This document shows positions 39,731 through 51,685 of a DNA stretch of 64,000 nt, piece by piece. The stretch is from positions 34,580 to 98,579 of the forward strand of contig MU054100.1 of assembly GCA_013239625.1 (NCBI GenBank). The letters run 5' to 3'. The position numbers were made by a program, and so were the translations under genes. The first letter of the stretch is position 1; each line of letters begins with the position of its first letter. Under the pieces are notes generated by a model. It saw only the letters and a program-made list of their open reading frames with translations. It was not told where the DNA came from and ran no database searches. This DNA is from Lama guanicoe (Eukaryota).

Positions 39731-39938
39731 GAATTAATAGATACACATTACCATATGTAAAATAAACAGCAAGGACCTACTGTACAGTCCAGGGAACTAT
39801 ATTCAATTTCTTGTAATGAGCTGTGCGTAATGGAAAAGAATCTGAAAAATATACGTGTGTATGTGTATAATTGAATTGCTTTGCTGTACACATGAAACTA
39901 ACACTGTGAATCGACTACACCTCAATAAAAATAAGAAT
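39731..39938 (+). mobile_element. Short L1 3' end with a TSD of about 20 bp
   Basis: Same 3' UTR family as 34526-34959. Flanked by TAAAATATAATAAGGCAGTG (39711-39730) and TAAAATATATTAAGACAGTG (39939-39958). Confidence 0.85.
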
Positions 39939-39988
39939 TAAAATATATTAAGACAGTGGGAAACAATCTTTGCATTTTAGAGCACGTA

Positions 39989-40177
39989 NNNNNNNNNNNN
40001 NNNNNNNNNNNNNNNNNNNNNNNNNNNNNNNNNNNNNNNNNNNNNNNNNNNNNNNNNNNNNNNNNNNNNNNNNNNNNNNNNNNNNNNNNNNNNNNNNNNN
40101 NNNNNNNNNNNNNNNNNNNNNNNNNNNNNNNNNNNNNNNNNNNNNNNNNNNNNNNNNNNNNNNNNNNNNNNNNNNNN
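39989..40177. other. Assembly gap (189 N), ending 19 nt before a THSD7B exon
   Basis: Run of N. Confidence 1.
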
Positions 40178-40196
40178 AATTTTATTTTTACTTTAG

Positions 40197-40326
40197 GAAA
40201 TGCCACCATAAAACAGTCTCGATACAGGATTATCATCCAAGAAGCAGCCAACGGAGGCCAAGAATGCCCAGATACCTTATTCGAAGAGCGAGAGTGTGGA
40301 GATGTCTCATTGTGCCCCGTGTATCG
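40197..40326 (+). CDS. THSD7B: THSD7B internal exon (about human exon 11)
   Basis: ctttag|GA acceptor and CG|GTAATT donor. Translates (G)NATIKQSRYRIIIQEAANGGQECPDTLFEERECGDVSLCPVY(R). It is 130 nt and intact. Confidence 0.95.
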
Positions 40327-41968
40327 GTAATTAATCACCTTCTAAAATAATCCTTAGACCTCAGCATAACTCATGACCTATTTTCTTTCACACAAGATAT
40401 GGTTAATGTATGAAATATTCATAGTGAGAAATAAAAAGAGGTAATCTTGTTTATTGTCAAGTACCTCACTGTATCACCCTCTTATCTTGAATGTATTTTG
40501 AGAGAGTAAAGACTATGAAAGTCTAATTAACAGGAAAAAAACAAAACAAAACCATGGTTTGACTGTAATTAAGCTGCTGGAGTTCTGCCACCAGGCAATT
40601 AATTTTCAGGATCAGAATCCAAAGAGATTCAGGATGAGGTCCTTACCTGGAAAACACACACACACGCACACACACGCGCACGCACGTGCGCACACACACA
40701 CACCTTACCTCATTCTGTTGTTCTCATCCTAAAGCTTTTAATCAAGAACCAAGGACAGATTTGAACTTCTTTAATAGTTGCTTATTTTAATTTAAAAATG
40801 GTTTTGGTTCTCAATTTTAATCATATACATATTTTAAGAAATCTTAGGAAAAAAGTTTAAGTTATGTATAATATTTTTTTTTAGGAAAGAAGATGAGTAG
40901 TTTTTAAAATACATATGTTCCCTTTTGGCAAGTTGGTGATTATTATTTATAAACACAATACCTTTGTGTGCTTTGTCATTAACTTCCATTCTTTCAACAT
41001 TGGATTGAAACATCACTTTAAAGTACTTTTGGATTAAATTTAATCACTACTGGGATTTGCTGATTTCAAAAATGTCTAATGTTTCTCCTGATTATTTGAG
41101 AAACTGTATGTTAAAGCTGTGGAATTCAAGGGCTAATTTACTCAGCTAATTTACTTTTGTTTTTTTGGGGGTGGTTTCCAAGAAGAATTTCCATCAACTA
41201 AAGTTTAGAATGTCATTGAAGATGTCCAAATTATTATCAGTTTCATCCTTCTTTCCTCCCATTGTTTCTATCTGATGACCAGTTTGTAGAGGAGTTGAAC
41301 AAACCCTGGAATAAACCCAGATGACCAGCTTTTCCATCAACCACAGGGCCATTGTAAGAAGACTGTCAGTATCCACCTTTTTATGCCACATGTAAATAAT
41401 TGAAACTTGCAAGCCCAGCAGAAGAGCTCTCAGGGAAAGTAGCCCATTGAAAACAATTAGTCAAATAAAATATTATTAGACTTTTTTTTATGAACACAGT
41501 GCCCTTATAATCAGAGAAGATTCTAGAAACTGTTGGTGAGCTCTTTCTGTTGTCTACTTTCTTTACTCTCCGGTTGTACTTCAATTTAACCACTCATGTT
41601 TGAACTAGTTTCCCCTAGTGACTTCTTGCCATTTACCCCAGAAATCAGTTCCACTGTGCATGGACTGGATCATTGTATCATTTCTCCAGATGTGTTTAGT
41701 ATGTGTCCAAGTTACCAGCATGATTCTCTGCCCCTTAGTAAAGCATGCTTACGTTCTGAGCAATATGGTGCCAAGTTAGGTTTGCTTTCCCCTCATTGGT
41801 ATGCTAGGAAGGCAAGTTAATGTAAACCTTTATCATTTTCTTCTGATTCATCTCTCTTCCTCCCTTAAAGTGAGATATTCACAGGTTTACTGAACTAAAG
41901 CTGAATCCAAATGTCTACAGAAATTTTCCTGTGAATGTGAGCACTTCCCAGCATGTAAAGTTAGTAAG

Positions 41969-42500
41969 TGCTGGGGAGGAGAAGTTCCCCCTCTACCCTG
42001 TCTTGAGTTCTTGTGGTTGGACTAATAATAACACTGGCATGAGACAGATTGGCAAGAGAAAAAGAAACATTTTAATTCATGTGCATGGAGATCTCAGCGA
42101 TATCAGACCTAAGGAGTGGCCAAACCAGGCAGCTTTTATACTCCTTAGACAAAGAGACAATAAATTTGTGAAGAATTGACAAGACAAAGAAATGTAGGTT
42201 TTGGGTGCTCAATCTGTGAAGAATCTAAACAGAGTTTGGGCTTAGGGTGGTAAATTAAAGAAGTAAGAAGGTTGGTTTGTATAGTCCCCAATACCCCAAC
42301 TCTGGAAGAACTCTGCCCTTCTTCCTCCAGGTGCAGGGAGGGCACCTTTAATATGGGCAATTTAATTCCTGCTTTCAGGGAGACAGAAAGGAAGGTCAGG
42401 ATGTCCCTCCTGCACTGGTCATTTCTTAAATAACTTTAATTCAGAATAATCAGCGTGCAGTTGAGGCACATTTTGGGGTGGCCTAGCCTGGACCCTAACA
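41969..42500. mobile_element. Solo LTR (probably ERV1 class), 532 bp
   Basis: Starts with TG and ends with CA. A perfect 4-bp TSD, TAAG, is at 41965-41968 and 42501-42504. Confidence 0.75.
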
Positions 42501-44358
42501 TAAGCAAAAGGGAAGACACCATGTAGCCCTGTATAGACTGGGCATGAAGGTGTCACCAGGAGGCTGTGGCTGAGCGCCTGGGGACTTAGGACTGACAGCT
42601 GGCCGGCCCTGACTCGTGCAATCTCAGGCATGTCACTTCACTTCTCTGAGCCCAGTCTTACTCTAAAACTGTGAGTCTAGCAGGAGAGTCCTGAAAATTT
42701 CTTCCTTCTATTTCAATCTCTGCAGCGCACTTCACTAGAATGAATTCCTTGGTCTCACTTTGGTCTAAGAAAGCCTTTTGTGAACTTGAGGGATCTGAAT
42801 GAATGAAAAGTTGAAAAGCCGGATTAAACCACTTTACCAGTGCAGTTTCTGTGTTTTGGAATTATACTTAATGAGTTTATGCATCTATGAAGGAAACATG
42901 TAACTACTTGAAATTAATAGGTGGTTTCCTTAAATGTGACATGTTTTTCTATTTGGCTGTTTCCTGATTTCACCCCAATTCTTCACAATATGGAGGCCAT
43001 TTGAATGAGATCAGTGATACCTTTTGTTTTTCACTTTTACATTTCAATGTACTTTGCTTGGTTCTGCAAGATGATCTGTATCTGCTGCCACTGCCTCACT
43101 TATCTCCAATTGTCCAAGAAACCTGAGACTCAATCTAAGTGGGGCAGAAGTGGTGGTGAGCACTGATGTTAATGACTGGCTCTGCCAAGCGATCTCCATG
43201 TCTTGTGTGAAGCTACATTCACATAACTAAGAGGGGCCTTTAAGGTGACTTTTCCTGAGCAAAGGAATCCTGCTTCGTGCTCTAGTATACGTTGTTTTCC
43301 TTTTGCTGAGACTTCTTTTTTAAAACACATAATGCATAATTTACCATCTTAACCATTTTCAAGTATCCAATGCAGTAGTGTTAATTGTATGCACAATGAT
43401 AAACAAAAGGTCTCTAGATTTTTTTTTCATCTGGCAAAACTGGTCAATAATATTTTTACTTCATGTTTCTGTTCATTTTTTTGAAGTTGCATTTCTTACC
43501 AGAGGTATTGGCTCGTGTGAAAAAAGTATAAAAATGTCCTTAGTGAAAAAGTAGAATCTGTCCTTCCATCTAAGGTGCAAGTTTTCTGAAACATTCTGAA
43601 GACACAGGTTTAAGGGCACAGGTCATAGTCTGTCCTGTGGGTCATAAAAATAGAGAATTTTGTTGGCTTTAAAAACAAATACTGGAAAACCAGAAGGATT
43701 CCTTAGACACTGTTTCCTCTGTGGAATAGAAATATGGGTAATTCCTCAGAGACAGATCCATTCCTCTTCCCCGAGATGAGCTATTACATAAGATAGGTCC
43801 CCATGGTTCCCCACTGCCCTTTGACTTGATAATCTGTTGAGATATCTGAGTTACCCCAAAGTTCTAGGCAACAACTTATGAAGCATTTAAAGCAAAAGAT
43901 CGTGTGAAGGTTTGCACCCCAAATTTTCAGATGTTCAAACCTTGATTCTCTCATGCTCCAGTGAGACATAGGGATTTTCTCTCTTTTATTTTCTTTTATT
44001 GTTTTTCTTTAGACAGTGTTAAGTTCATAAAGAGCTAAGCCCTCTAGATTTGATCTGTGTGTCAAATGTTTTTTATGATCACTTTGCTACGTAAACTAAG
44101 ATGTGTGTGCAAAATATCCACATTAAAAAAAAAAGTATTGATTGCATCAACCATGGATCTGGGGCAGAGGGTCCTACTGCCATCCCTAGTGTGTGCCAGC
44201 ACTTCCTTTTGTGTCCATTTTTATAGATTTGGTTTCAATTCCATCTTTATTGAAGTTCACTCTTTATGCTTTCGGATTTCCAGTTCATCTGTTTCAAGTC
44301 TTTCTTTGATATGTTTGCCCTGGTGAAATGTCTAGTCTGCTGTTCTTTGTAATCACAG

Positions 44359-44462
44359 GTGGAAGCCACAGAAATGGAGCTCCAGTATCTTAGAGCCCAA
44401 GTCGGTCAGGCAGGGGATAATGGGCACCAGCAATGCCTGCAGAAAGGGGGTACAAACCAGAG
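44359..44462 (+). CDS. THSD7B: THSD7B internal exon (about human exon 12), not in the ORF track
   Basis: tcacag|G acceptor and AGAG|GTAAGG donor. It is 104 nt and translates (R)WKPQKWSSSILEPKSVRQGIMGTSNACRKGVQTR, colinear with human WKPQKWSPCILVPESVWQGITGSSEACGKGLQTR (recalled). Confidence 0.92.
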
Positions 44463-45244
44463 GTAAGGGAACTTTAAAATGTTTTTTCTCTTCAAAGGTA
44501 AGTCAACATTATGTTATTCTTATAAACTGTTGCTCTATTTTTCTGGTTGGTTAAGTTGTGATAATATTGGGTTGGATTATTTATACTTACTCGTGTTTGA
44601 ATTTAAGTTTGGCATTAGTAAATGCTGCTATTAGACCATCTTTTCACCATAACTCGCTAGTGCACATAAGGACTAATGCAGTGGAAGCAAATATCTGTTC
44701 TCAGCCATTAGCACATTCTGATGCTGATGTTCCAAATGCATGTCAAATATTAGCTGAGGAATGAAGGAAATGTCAAGATTGGACCCAATAATGTATATTG
44801 TACTTCTTAGGCGTTCTTAAATATTTGTTGAATGAACTAATTAATCATTCTAATCATGGCTTAAACTTGATTGTTATAGAGGTACTTACTTTGTGTTTTG
44901 TATGTAACATGCATACAAAGGAACTATTAAAATTTCCGGAAGGCATTGTGAATAGGCTTCTGGATCTGGGTAGACAAGCCTTTTATCATCCATGTCTAGA
45001 AGGTGTGGCATATCAAAACCTCTGAAAAGCACTCAGAGACTCGTCAGATAGCTCACTTTTCTGTTTCATTCATACCAGTGATATGAGGCTTGATAAGAAG
45101 TGCTTTCTTTCTAAAATCCAATACTCTGCTGCTAAAGGGATATATGTAGCAAAATCAGACCTTGTAGGACCAACTGCATACCACCAGTCTCATAAGTCTC
45201 CTAAAAGGCATGTTTAGAATTGTTCCCTTCCTGCTGCATAGGTC

Positions 45245-48200
45245 ATTGTGTTAGTTAGGATCAGTTACCCCAGCCAGCACTATAACTCCTTTCCTTGTTG
45301 GTTCAGAGACATGAGGAGCCCGACATGGGTGGGTGACAGTTTTAACTTCCAGTTCAGTGGAATCGTTGTTGTCTTTTAGTGGAAGCATTCCTTCTAATGG
45401 AAAGAAGACCCATAGAGTAGCATAGCCTAAGATCGCCGAGAAACAGGAAGCAGAAATCTTCCGAGTGGGTGACTAGCAGTAATAGTGAGTTGTGCCATTC
45501 TCATTCCCACCCCTGGGCTCCTAGACCTGTGAATCCTGGCTCTGGGAGAAAATAATACACCATATACTGGATGCTTCTGGAAAACTTCTCCCCAGCCCCG
45601 CAAGGTATTGCCACCTAACCAGTGTTGAAATGAGTCTCCAAAAACCTTTTAACCATTATCTCCAGTCAACTACTTCAAGATGCAGTAAATTCCATGAGCC
45701 TGGGCCCACTGCACCTCACTTGCTGTGAAGTGAGTTCCTTGATCAGAAGCAACGTGGTGAGGAATGCCATGACTGTAGATAAGCATTACGGAAGTCCGTG
45801 GGTAGTAGGTAGTTTTGGCAGAAGCACTGCGTGCAGGAAAGGCAAATTTTTATCCTATTTGAGTAAGTACCTATTCTGGTAAGAACAGGACACGGCACCT
45901 TCTATGATGGAAATTGTATAATGTAATCAACCTGCCACCATGTAGCTGGCTGATCACCTTGGGGAACGGTGCCATCTTGAGGACTCAGCATTGGCCCCTG
46001 CTGCACAGACTGGGTGCTCAGATGTGGCTGTGGCCGAGTCTCCCTGGTGAATGGAAGTCAGTGATACTGAACCCATGCCTAAAGTTCATTTCTACCACCA
46101 GGGCCACTTTGTTCGTGAGCTCGCTGGACGATGGCATAGCTGAGGACAGAGGCTGACTGCTATCCACAGCCTGGGTTGTCCTATCCACTTGATTATTAAA
46201 ATCTTCTTCAATTGAGGTCACCCTTTGGGGAGCATTCACATGGCACACAGATATTTTTCACATTTTTGCCTGTTCAGAGAAGTCTGTCCAGCTACCACTT
46301 TCCTAAATTTCCTTGCCATCAATTTTCTAATTTTTTTTTTTTTTTTTTTGCGGTGAAGCTTGATGAACTCTTTATTAAGCTAGGGCCTACCAGGAGGACA
46401 GCTGGGTCAGGGACAGGGCCTCCCGTAGGCTGGAGGGAGGCAGGGGGCACCTGGGCAGTAGTGGGGCGCCCCAGGCGGATGCCCGGGCACTCATTGATTC
46501 TTGCTGGCTGCAGGTGTGGGGGTGGTGCCCACAGCCAACTGTTGCACCTTCTCCACCAGCCCGGCCCACTGGCGCTGCAGGTCTTCCACCAGGGGCTGGA
46601 ACCAGCCCTTGAGGCGCGCCTGGAAGGTCTCGGCCTGCAGGCACATCTGGCTGGCCTACTCCTCCAACTTCGCGCGCATCTTCTCCAACTGCTCGCGCAT
46701 CTTGTCCAGGCGGCCCTGGGCCCGGGTGCCCACCGCCTCCAGCCGCCCGCGCAGCTTCTGGCCCCAGGCCTCAGCGCGCTCCCGCAGTGGCTGGCTGCCA
46801 AGGGTGCTCGTGGTGGCGGTCCCCAGTCGGCCCTGCTCCACCAGGGGCACGAGGCGCTCGCGGAGGGCGCTCACGCTGTGCTCGGCGCCCTCGACGGCCC
46901 CGGCCCGGTACACGGCCAGGCGTTTCTGCAGGTCCTCGGCGTCGCGGAGCAGCCGCTTCCGCAGCTTCCGCATGTGAGAGGCCAGGCGGTTATGCAGCTC
47001 GTCGGTGGTCTGGCCCAGCATGGCCTGCACCTCGTTGCGGTAATGCGCCAGGCGGCTGCGCAAGTCCTCCATGTCTGTGCCCAGCCGGGCCTGCGCCGCC
47101 TGCAGCTCCTTGGACAGGCGGGCCCGGGTTTACTGGGCCACAGGGCTCAGCTGCTCCTCCAGCTCCGCCTTGTAGGCTTTCACCTCCTTCATGGTCTCCT
47201 CCATCAGCGCCGTCAGTTCCTGGGTGACCTGGGTGCTGAGCAGCTCCTCCTGCACCTGGTCAGACAGCGTCTGCACCCAGCGCAGGTAATCCCAGAGACG
47301 ACCCAGAGCCAGCTCCCAGGGCTGGCTGCCCTGCCATTCGGGCTGCTCCTGCCCCAGCTGCACCTCTGGCTCCGGCTCCACCTCCGCCCGGCATCCGGCC
47401 AGGAGCGTGACCACCAACGCAACCCACAGAGCCTTCTGTAGTTTTAAAAAAATCTATATTTTTAGTCATTAATTATGTTCCTTCTCAGTCCTTGACCAAC
47501 CAGCAAAATCATTGGCCACAGCCTGCGGATAGGTACGTAAACATACATGTGACCATTTCTCCCTGCAGGCAAAGTGAACAGCCAGTTACACTGCTTCAAG
47601 TCCCGTCCACTGGTGAGACTTCCCTTCACCTCCATCTCTCAGGGATGTCTCAGAAAGGGGCCCTAGTGCCGCAGCTGTCCATTTAGGGGTTGTGCCGACA
47701 TGTCACGCAGCACCGTCTGTAAACAAGGCCCACGTCTTCTTTTCCTGTGTCAGCTGAAGGTAGGAAACTCCCTGTGAGGACGTAGGTGCAGCTGGGAACA
47801 TAGAAGGCAGCTGGGCCACTCCTTCCTGTAACTTACTGTGCCTTCAGGGCCTCCATGGGTCGGAACACGTACATACCACTTCCATCTGATGCTGGAGTGC
47901 TGTTGTGGATGCCCCACTTTATGATTTGATGGGTCAGGTAACACCCAGTTTGTGACGGGCAGCTCAGGTTGCCTGATAAGTCTAGTGGCCCACAGCTCAG
48001 CATTCAGTCTCTACTGACGCCCAGTAGCCAAAAGCTGTTTCTCAGGTGGAGACTAGCTGTCTGCAGAGGACGGTGGGGGGTTGCTCCTCAGTCCAAGGAC
48101 CTGCAGTCCACCTGTGGGCACCTGCCAAAGGCCCCAAACAGCACCATGTCCACCTGGCACTCCAGGCACCACTGGCTCTGTTGGACCCCGTGGTCTGAGT

Positions 48201-48770
48201 GGCAGAGCAGCCTGTGCTAGACCTGTTCCAGTCCCTTTTCTTGTTTAGGGTCCTGCTCAAAACCAGCAGCTTTTCAGATCCCTTGGCAAATGGGCTGGAA
48301 TAACACACCCAGATGAGAACTGTATTGCCTCCAAAATCTGCAAAGGCACATCTGATAGAGGCTGTGTCTCTGTTTTGGTTGTAGGAGGGTCCAGGAGTAA
48401 CAGCATGTTTCACCTCAGAAGGGGGATTTCAGCATGCCTCACACCGCTGGGCCTTCAGACATCTCACTGGGGTAGAGTGCCCCTGAATTTTCTCAGATTT
48501 ATTTCTTATGCTCGGCCATGAGAATGTCTTGCCAGTGAGTCCAGAGTAGCTGTTTTGTCTTTCTCACTAGGTCCAGTCAGCATAATGTCACCAGGGTAAT
48601 GAGCCAGTGTGATAACTTGTTGATGGAAAATGGATCAAGATTCCTGCAAACTAATATGTGAAATAGGGCTGAAAAGTTGATAGACCCCTCGAGGTAGGAC
48701 AGTGAGGATGCATCGCTAGCCTTGCCCACCGAAAGCAGACTGCCTCTGGCAGTCTTAATTTTCTCCAACT
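45245..48770 (-). mobile_element. Degraded ERVL-type internal (pol) fragment, interrupted by the APOE retrocopy
   Basis: Minus-strand peptides HVNAPQRVTSIEEDFNNQVD (RNase H C-terminal-like, about 46190-46245) and EGSINFSALFHILVCRNLD (RT-like, about 48635-48695) resemble ERVL pol. Boundaries are approximate. Confidence 0.75.
46331..47436 (-). pseudogene. APOE: Processed (retro)pseudogene of apolipoprotein E
   Basis: Intronless APOE coding sequence in one frame from [22 protein letters not shown] through [19 protein letters not shown] and [21 protein letters not shown] to the natural TGA at 46491-46493. Premature stops are TAA at 47130-47132 and TAG at 46656-46658. The start codon position reads CAG. 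A 3'UTR with AATAAA (46371-46376) and a 19-nt poly-A (46331-46349) follow. Confidence 0.97.
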
Positions 48771-49761
48771 ATGTTAGTATTGGGGGTCAGGGCTCCAGCA
48801 TATGAATTTCAGGGATCACAGTTCGGTCCATAATAGTTACATCTTGGAAATGATGTCCCTGTCAGAACATCTGCAGGTGTAAATTTGATTTGCAAGGTAG
48901 TATGATTCAGGGCTGCTACAAAGCTAACCAGGGACTGTAAATTCATGGAAGGGACCACTTCCTGAAAACATTTTATTTTCCTATGACAGAAAATTGTTGT
49001 AATGATACCATCTTGTGATTACAAGACTTGTGCCTGATTTCTGTTGGAAAGTTGTTATAAAATATCTAGATCAGCACGATGTACGTGAATGAAGTGCTTT
49101 AAAGAAGGCACTTTTGTGCCGGGCAGAACTTAACACTGTCTAGTGACCTAGACTTCGATGCTCCATGATACTAGAATATTATAATGGTTGGTTTTGATTA
49201 CAAAGCCATTTAGTACATTCTGCAGACACATTGCTCCCAAATTATATAGAATCTTACCACAAAATGGTAAATTATTTTTACTGTCTTAGACATAGTCTAC
49301 TTTGGATCTCAGTTTAAACGGCGTCTAACTGGAAGGCTGTGATAGTCCTTAGACTAGGCAAGGTACCTACTTGAGTTTTCCCCAAATTATACTTCAATAT
49401 TAGATAATTTCTAGTAGTTAGTTTTGGGGAAATTTGCACTTTTAAAGCAGTAGGTTCGGTCTCCAGTTTGAAGATAGTGGAGCAAAGACATTTCTACACT
49501 CGTCTTTTCTCTAAAATTATTTCAAAACCAGCAAGGAAAATAATGTTCAGTGAGTTCCCCTTTATAAAATTGCTCCCAAAACCTCAGTCATAATGTATGA
49601 TGTAGAAAGTGGATGGAGATACAAGATAAAGTACCTTGGAGAACAGGATTTTACCTAAGTGTTGGCAGAGGTGAAGGTATGGGGGCTGAAGAGAAACAGG
49701 GTGATGTGGTCTGGCCAAATCCAGAAAGGCATCACGTTCTGCAGAAGGAATTATGCAAGGT

Positions 49762-49775
49762 TGTGTGTGTGTGTG

Positions 49776-49810
<35 letters not shown>
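49762..49810. repeat. (TG)n microsatellite
   Basis: Read directly from the sequence. Other simple repeats are (TG)n at 3493-3522 and about 37012-37060, (CT)n/(CA)n at 37185-37222, and AT-rich low-complexity sequence at about 4385-4495. Confidence 0.9.
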
Positions 49811-49812
<2 letters not shown>

Positions 49813-51461
49813 TGGATGGGAGGAAGGCAGAGACACCCTCCATACCTGGCCCTTCACCCTGCACAGTCAGGCTCCTACCTCTTCCTGCTCTTGTAGGAGC
49901 CTGGAGGTTTATTCTCCTTGGATATAAGACCAGAGAGGTGGTGGATTTCAGACAAGAGACAGAGGAGGGTGAGACGAGGGGCCAGGCTGAAATCAGGAGG
50001 TTCAGTTGAAAGTCTGAAGAAGGAATTATGAGACCCTCAGTCCTTCCTCCCCTGCTTTATCATACTGCTCAGACAGCTTTTACACTCTTCAGTCCCGTGG
50101 AAGCCCAAGCAGTCTGGAAACGCTTTCAATTTAAATTTCTCTTTGAGAATATTTTGAATCACAGAGGGAGCATGAACTCAGACCATATAGTCGTGGAAAG
50201 GCCAGCCGGAGGTTATAAATTCTTACAAGAGACTTTTTTCCCCTCTTCACCCAGTGTTAAATCATAGCCATTCAAGTGGCCTCGCCGAGATGTTTTGCTT
50301 GGCATGTCTATTTCCGGTGCATCCATAACCCAAGGGCCAGCCTGTGTGGTCATCATTTGCATTCTGTCTTTTATGAGATTCTCCATAGCAGGCCTTGAAG
50401 CCATGAAAGTGGAAAAGTGGGTCTCCAAGATTTAACAGAAACCCGCGGGATAAAAGTTGTCCTTCCTGTTTACCTTGCATTCCCTGCTTTTTCTTTGGTT
50501 TGTGCTTTATAGTTTCCTTTCCTCTGGGTCATCTCAGCAATCCATTTAGAAGGTAGATATTTTATCCAATGCTTTTTTTCCCCTTTTTCATTACAAAAGT
50601 CGTTTATGATTTCTAAGCCACAATACTGCCCCCAATAGAAACGTTCCTTGTTTTATCTCATTGTGTTTTTATATTGCTGACCTGGTTAATTGATTTGCAG
50701 TAAGAATACATTTATGTAATAGTCTTCTAATCAAAAAAGAAGAAAAGTAAAAGAATATAGAAGGGCAGATAGGATAACAGTAGTCATTAAACATCTATAC
50801 CATGTTCAAGGAAATGGGCATTTGGGGTTCCGTTTTCCTGGCTGCCTCATACTTCAGGGACACCTGGGTCTTTTCACAGTTTTCTTGTGTTTAATCTGAA
50901 CAAAGAAGCTATTGTAGCTCAGCTTCTATGGCAAATGAAAATGTAAGAGGAAGAAACAAGTGCTAATGCACTCGGATGTATCTGGCCTTAATAGGGTAAA
51001 ATTTCAGTGGGACAGGGGACAGTGAGGATGCTGGCATTGCTGGAAGGGGACTGGATTTGTCTGTGGGCTGATATGGTCTGCTCCTTGTTTTACTCTTCAC
51101 AGTGGCTACTTGCCAGTGTTTTTCTTTAGGATAGTACTTTCTTCTCATTCAAAAGTTTGTGCATACACTCTATCATAGCAGAGAGACTTGACATCCATGG
51201 CACCGTAATGGATACAGAGTAGGTATTGGAAATCGAAAGTGTGCTGCCTTAAAGACCCTGGACTCCTGTGAAGTACCCTCAATTCTCTTTTGGTTTGTTC
51301 TCACTGAAAAATGTTTATGTGGACCGAAGGAGGGAGATCTGTTATCTCTATCAAATCTTTTTGTTCTTCCTTAATTGGTTTTTGTCACCATGAGAGGTAT
51401 AGCCTTCTTATACAATAGTTCTGATGGACTCTGTGTGTTTTCTTTGCATTCAAGGGAGCCC

Positions 51462-51685
51462 TTTATTTTTTTTATATTGAGTTATAATTAACATACACTA
51501 TTATATTAGTTTCAGGTGTACAACATAGTGATTTGATATTTTTATGCCCTGTGAAATGATCACAGCACTAAGACCGGTTACCATTCATCACAGTACAGAG
51601 TTGTTGCAACATTATTGACTGCATTCCCTACATGTCCATTATGTCCCCATGACATTTACTTTATAGATGACAGTCTGTACCTCTT
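51462..51685 (-). mobile_element. L1 3' UTR fragment
   Basis: ttatattagtttcaggtgtacaacatagtgatt motif preceded by a T-rich tail. Confidence 0.75.

Noticed and set aside
46656..47417. A functional second APOE gene
   Set aside because: There is no ATG at the homologous position, there are two in-frame stops, and it lacks introns and carries a poly-A tail.
48697..51031. 15-nt match GGACAGTGAGGATGC at about 48697 and about 51017
   Set aside because: It is too short, with no extended similarity, and is compatible with chance.
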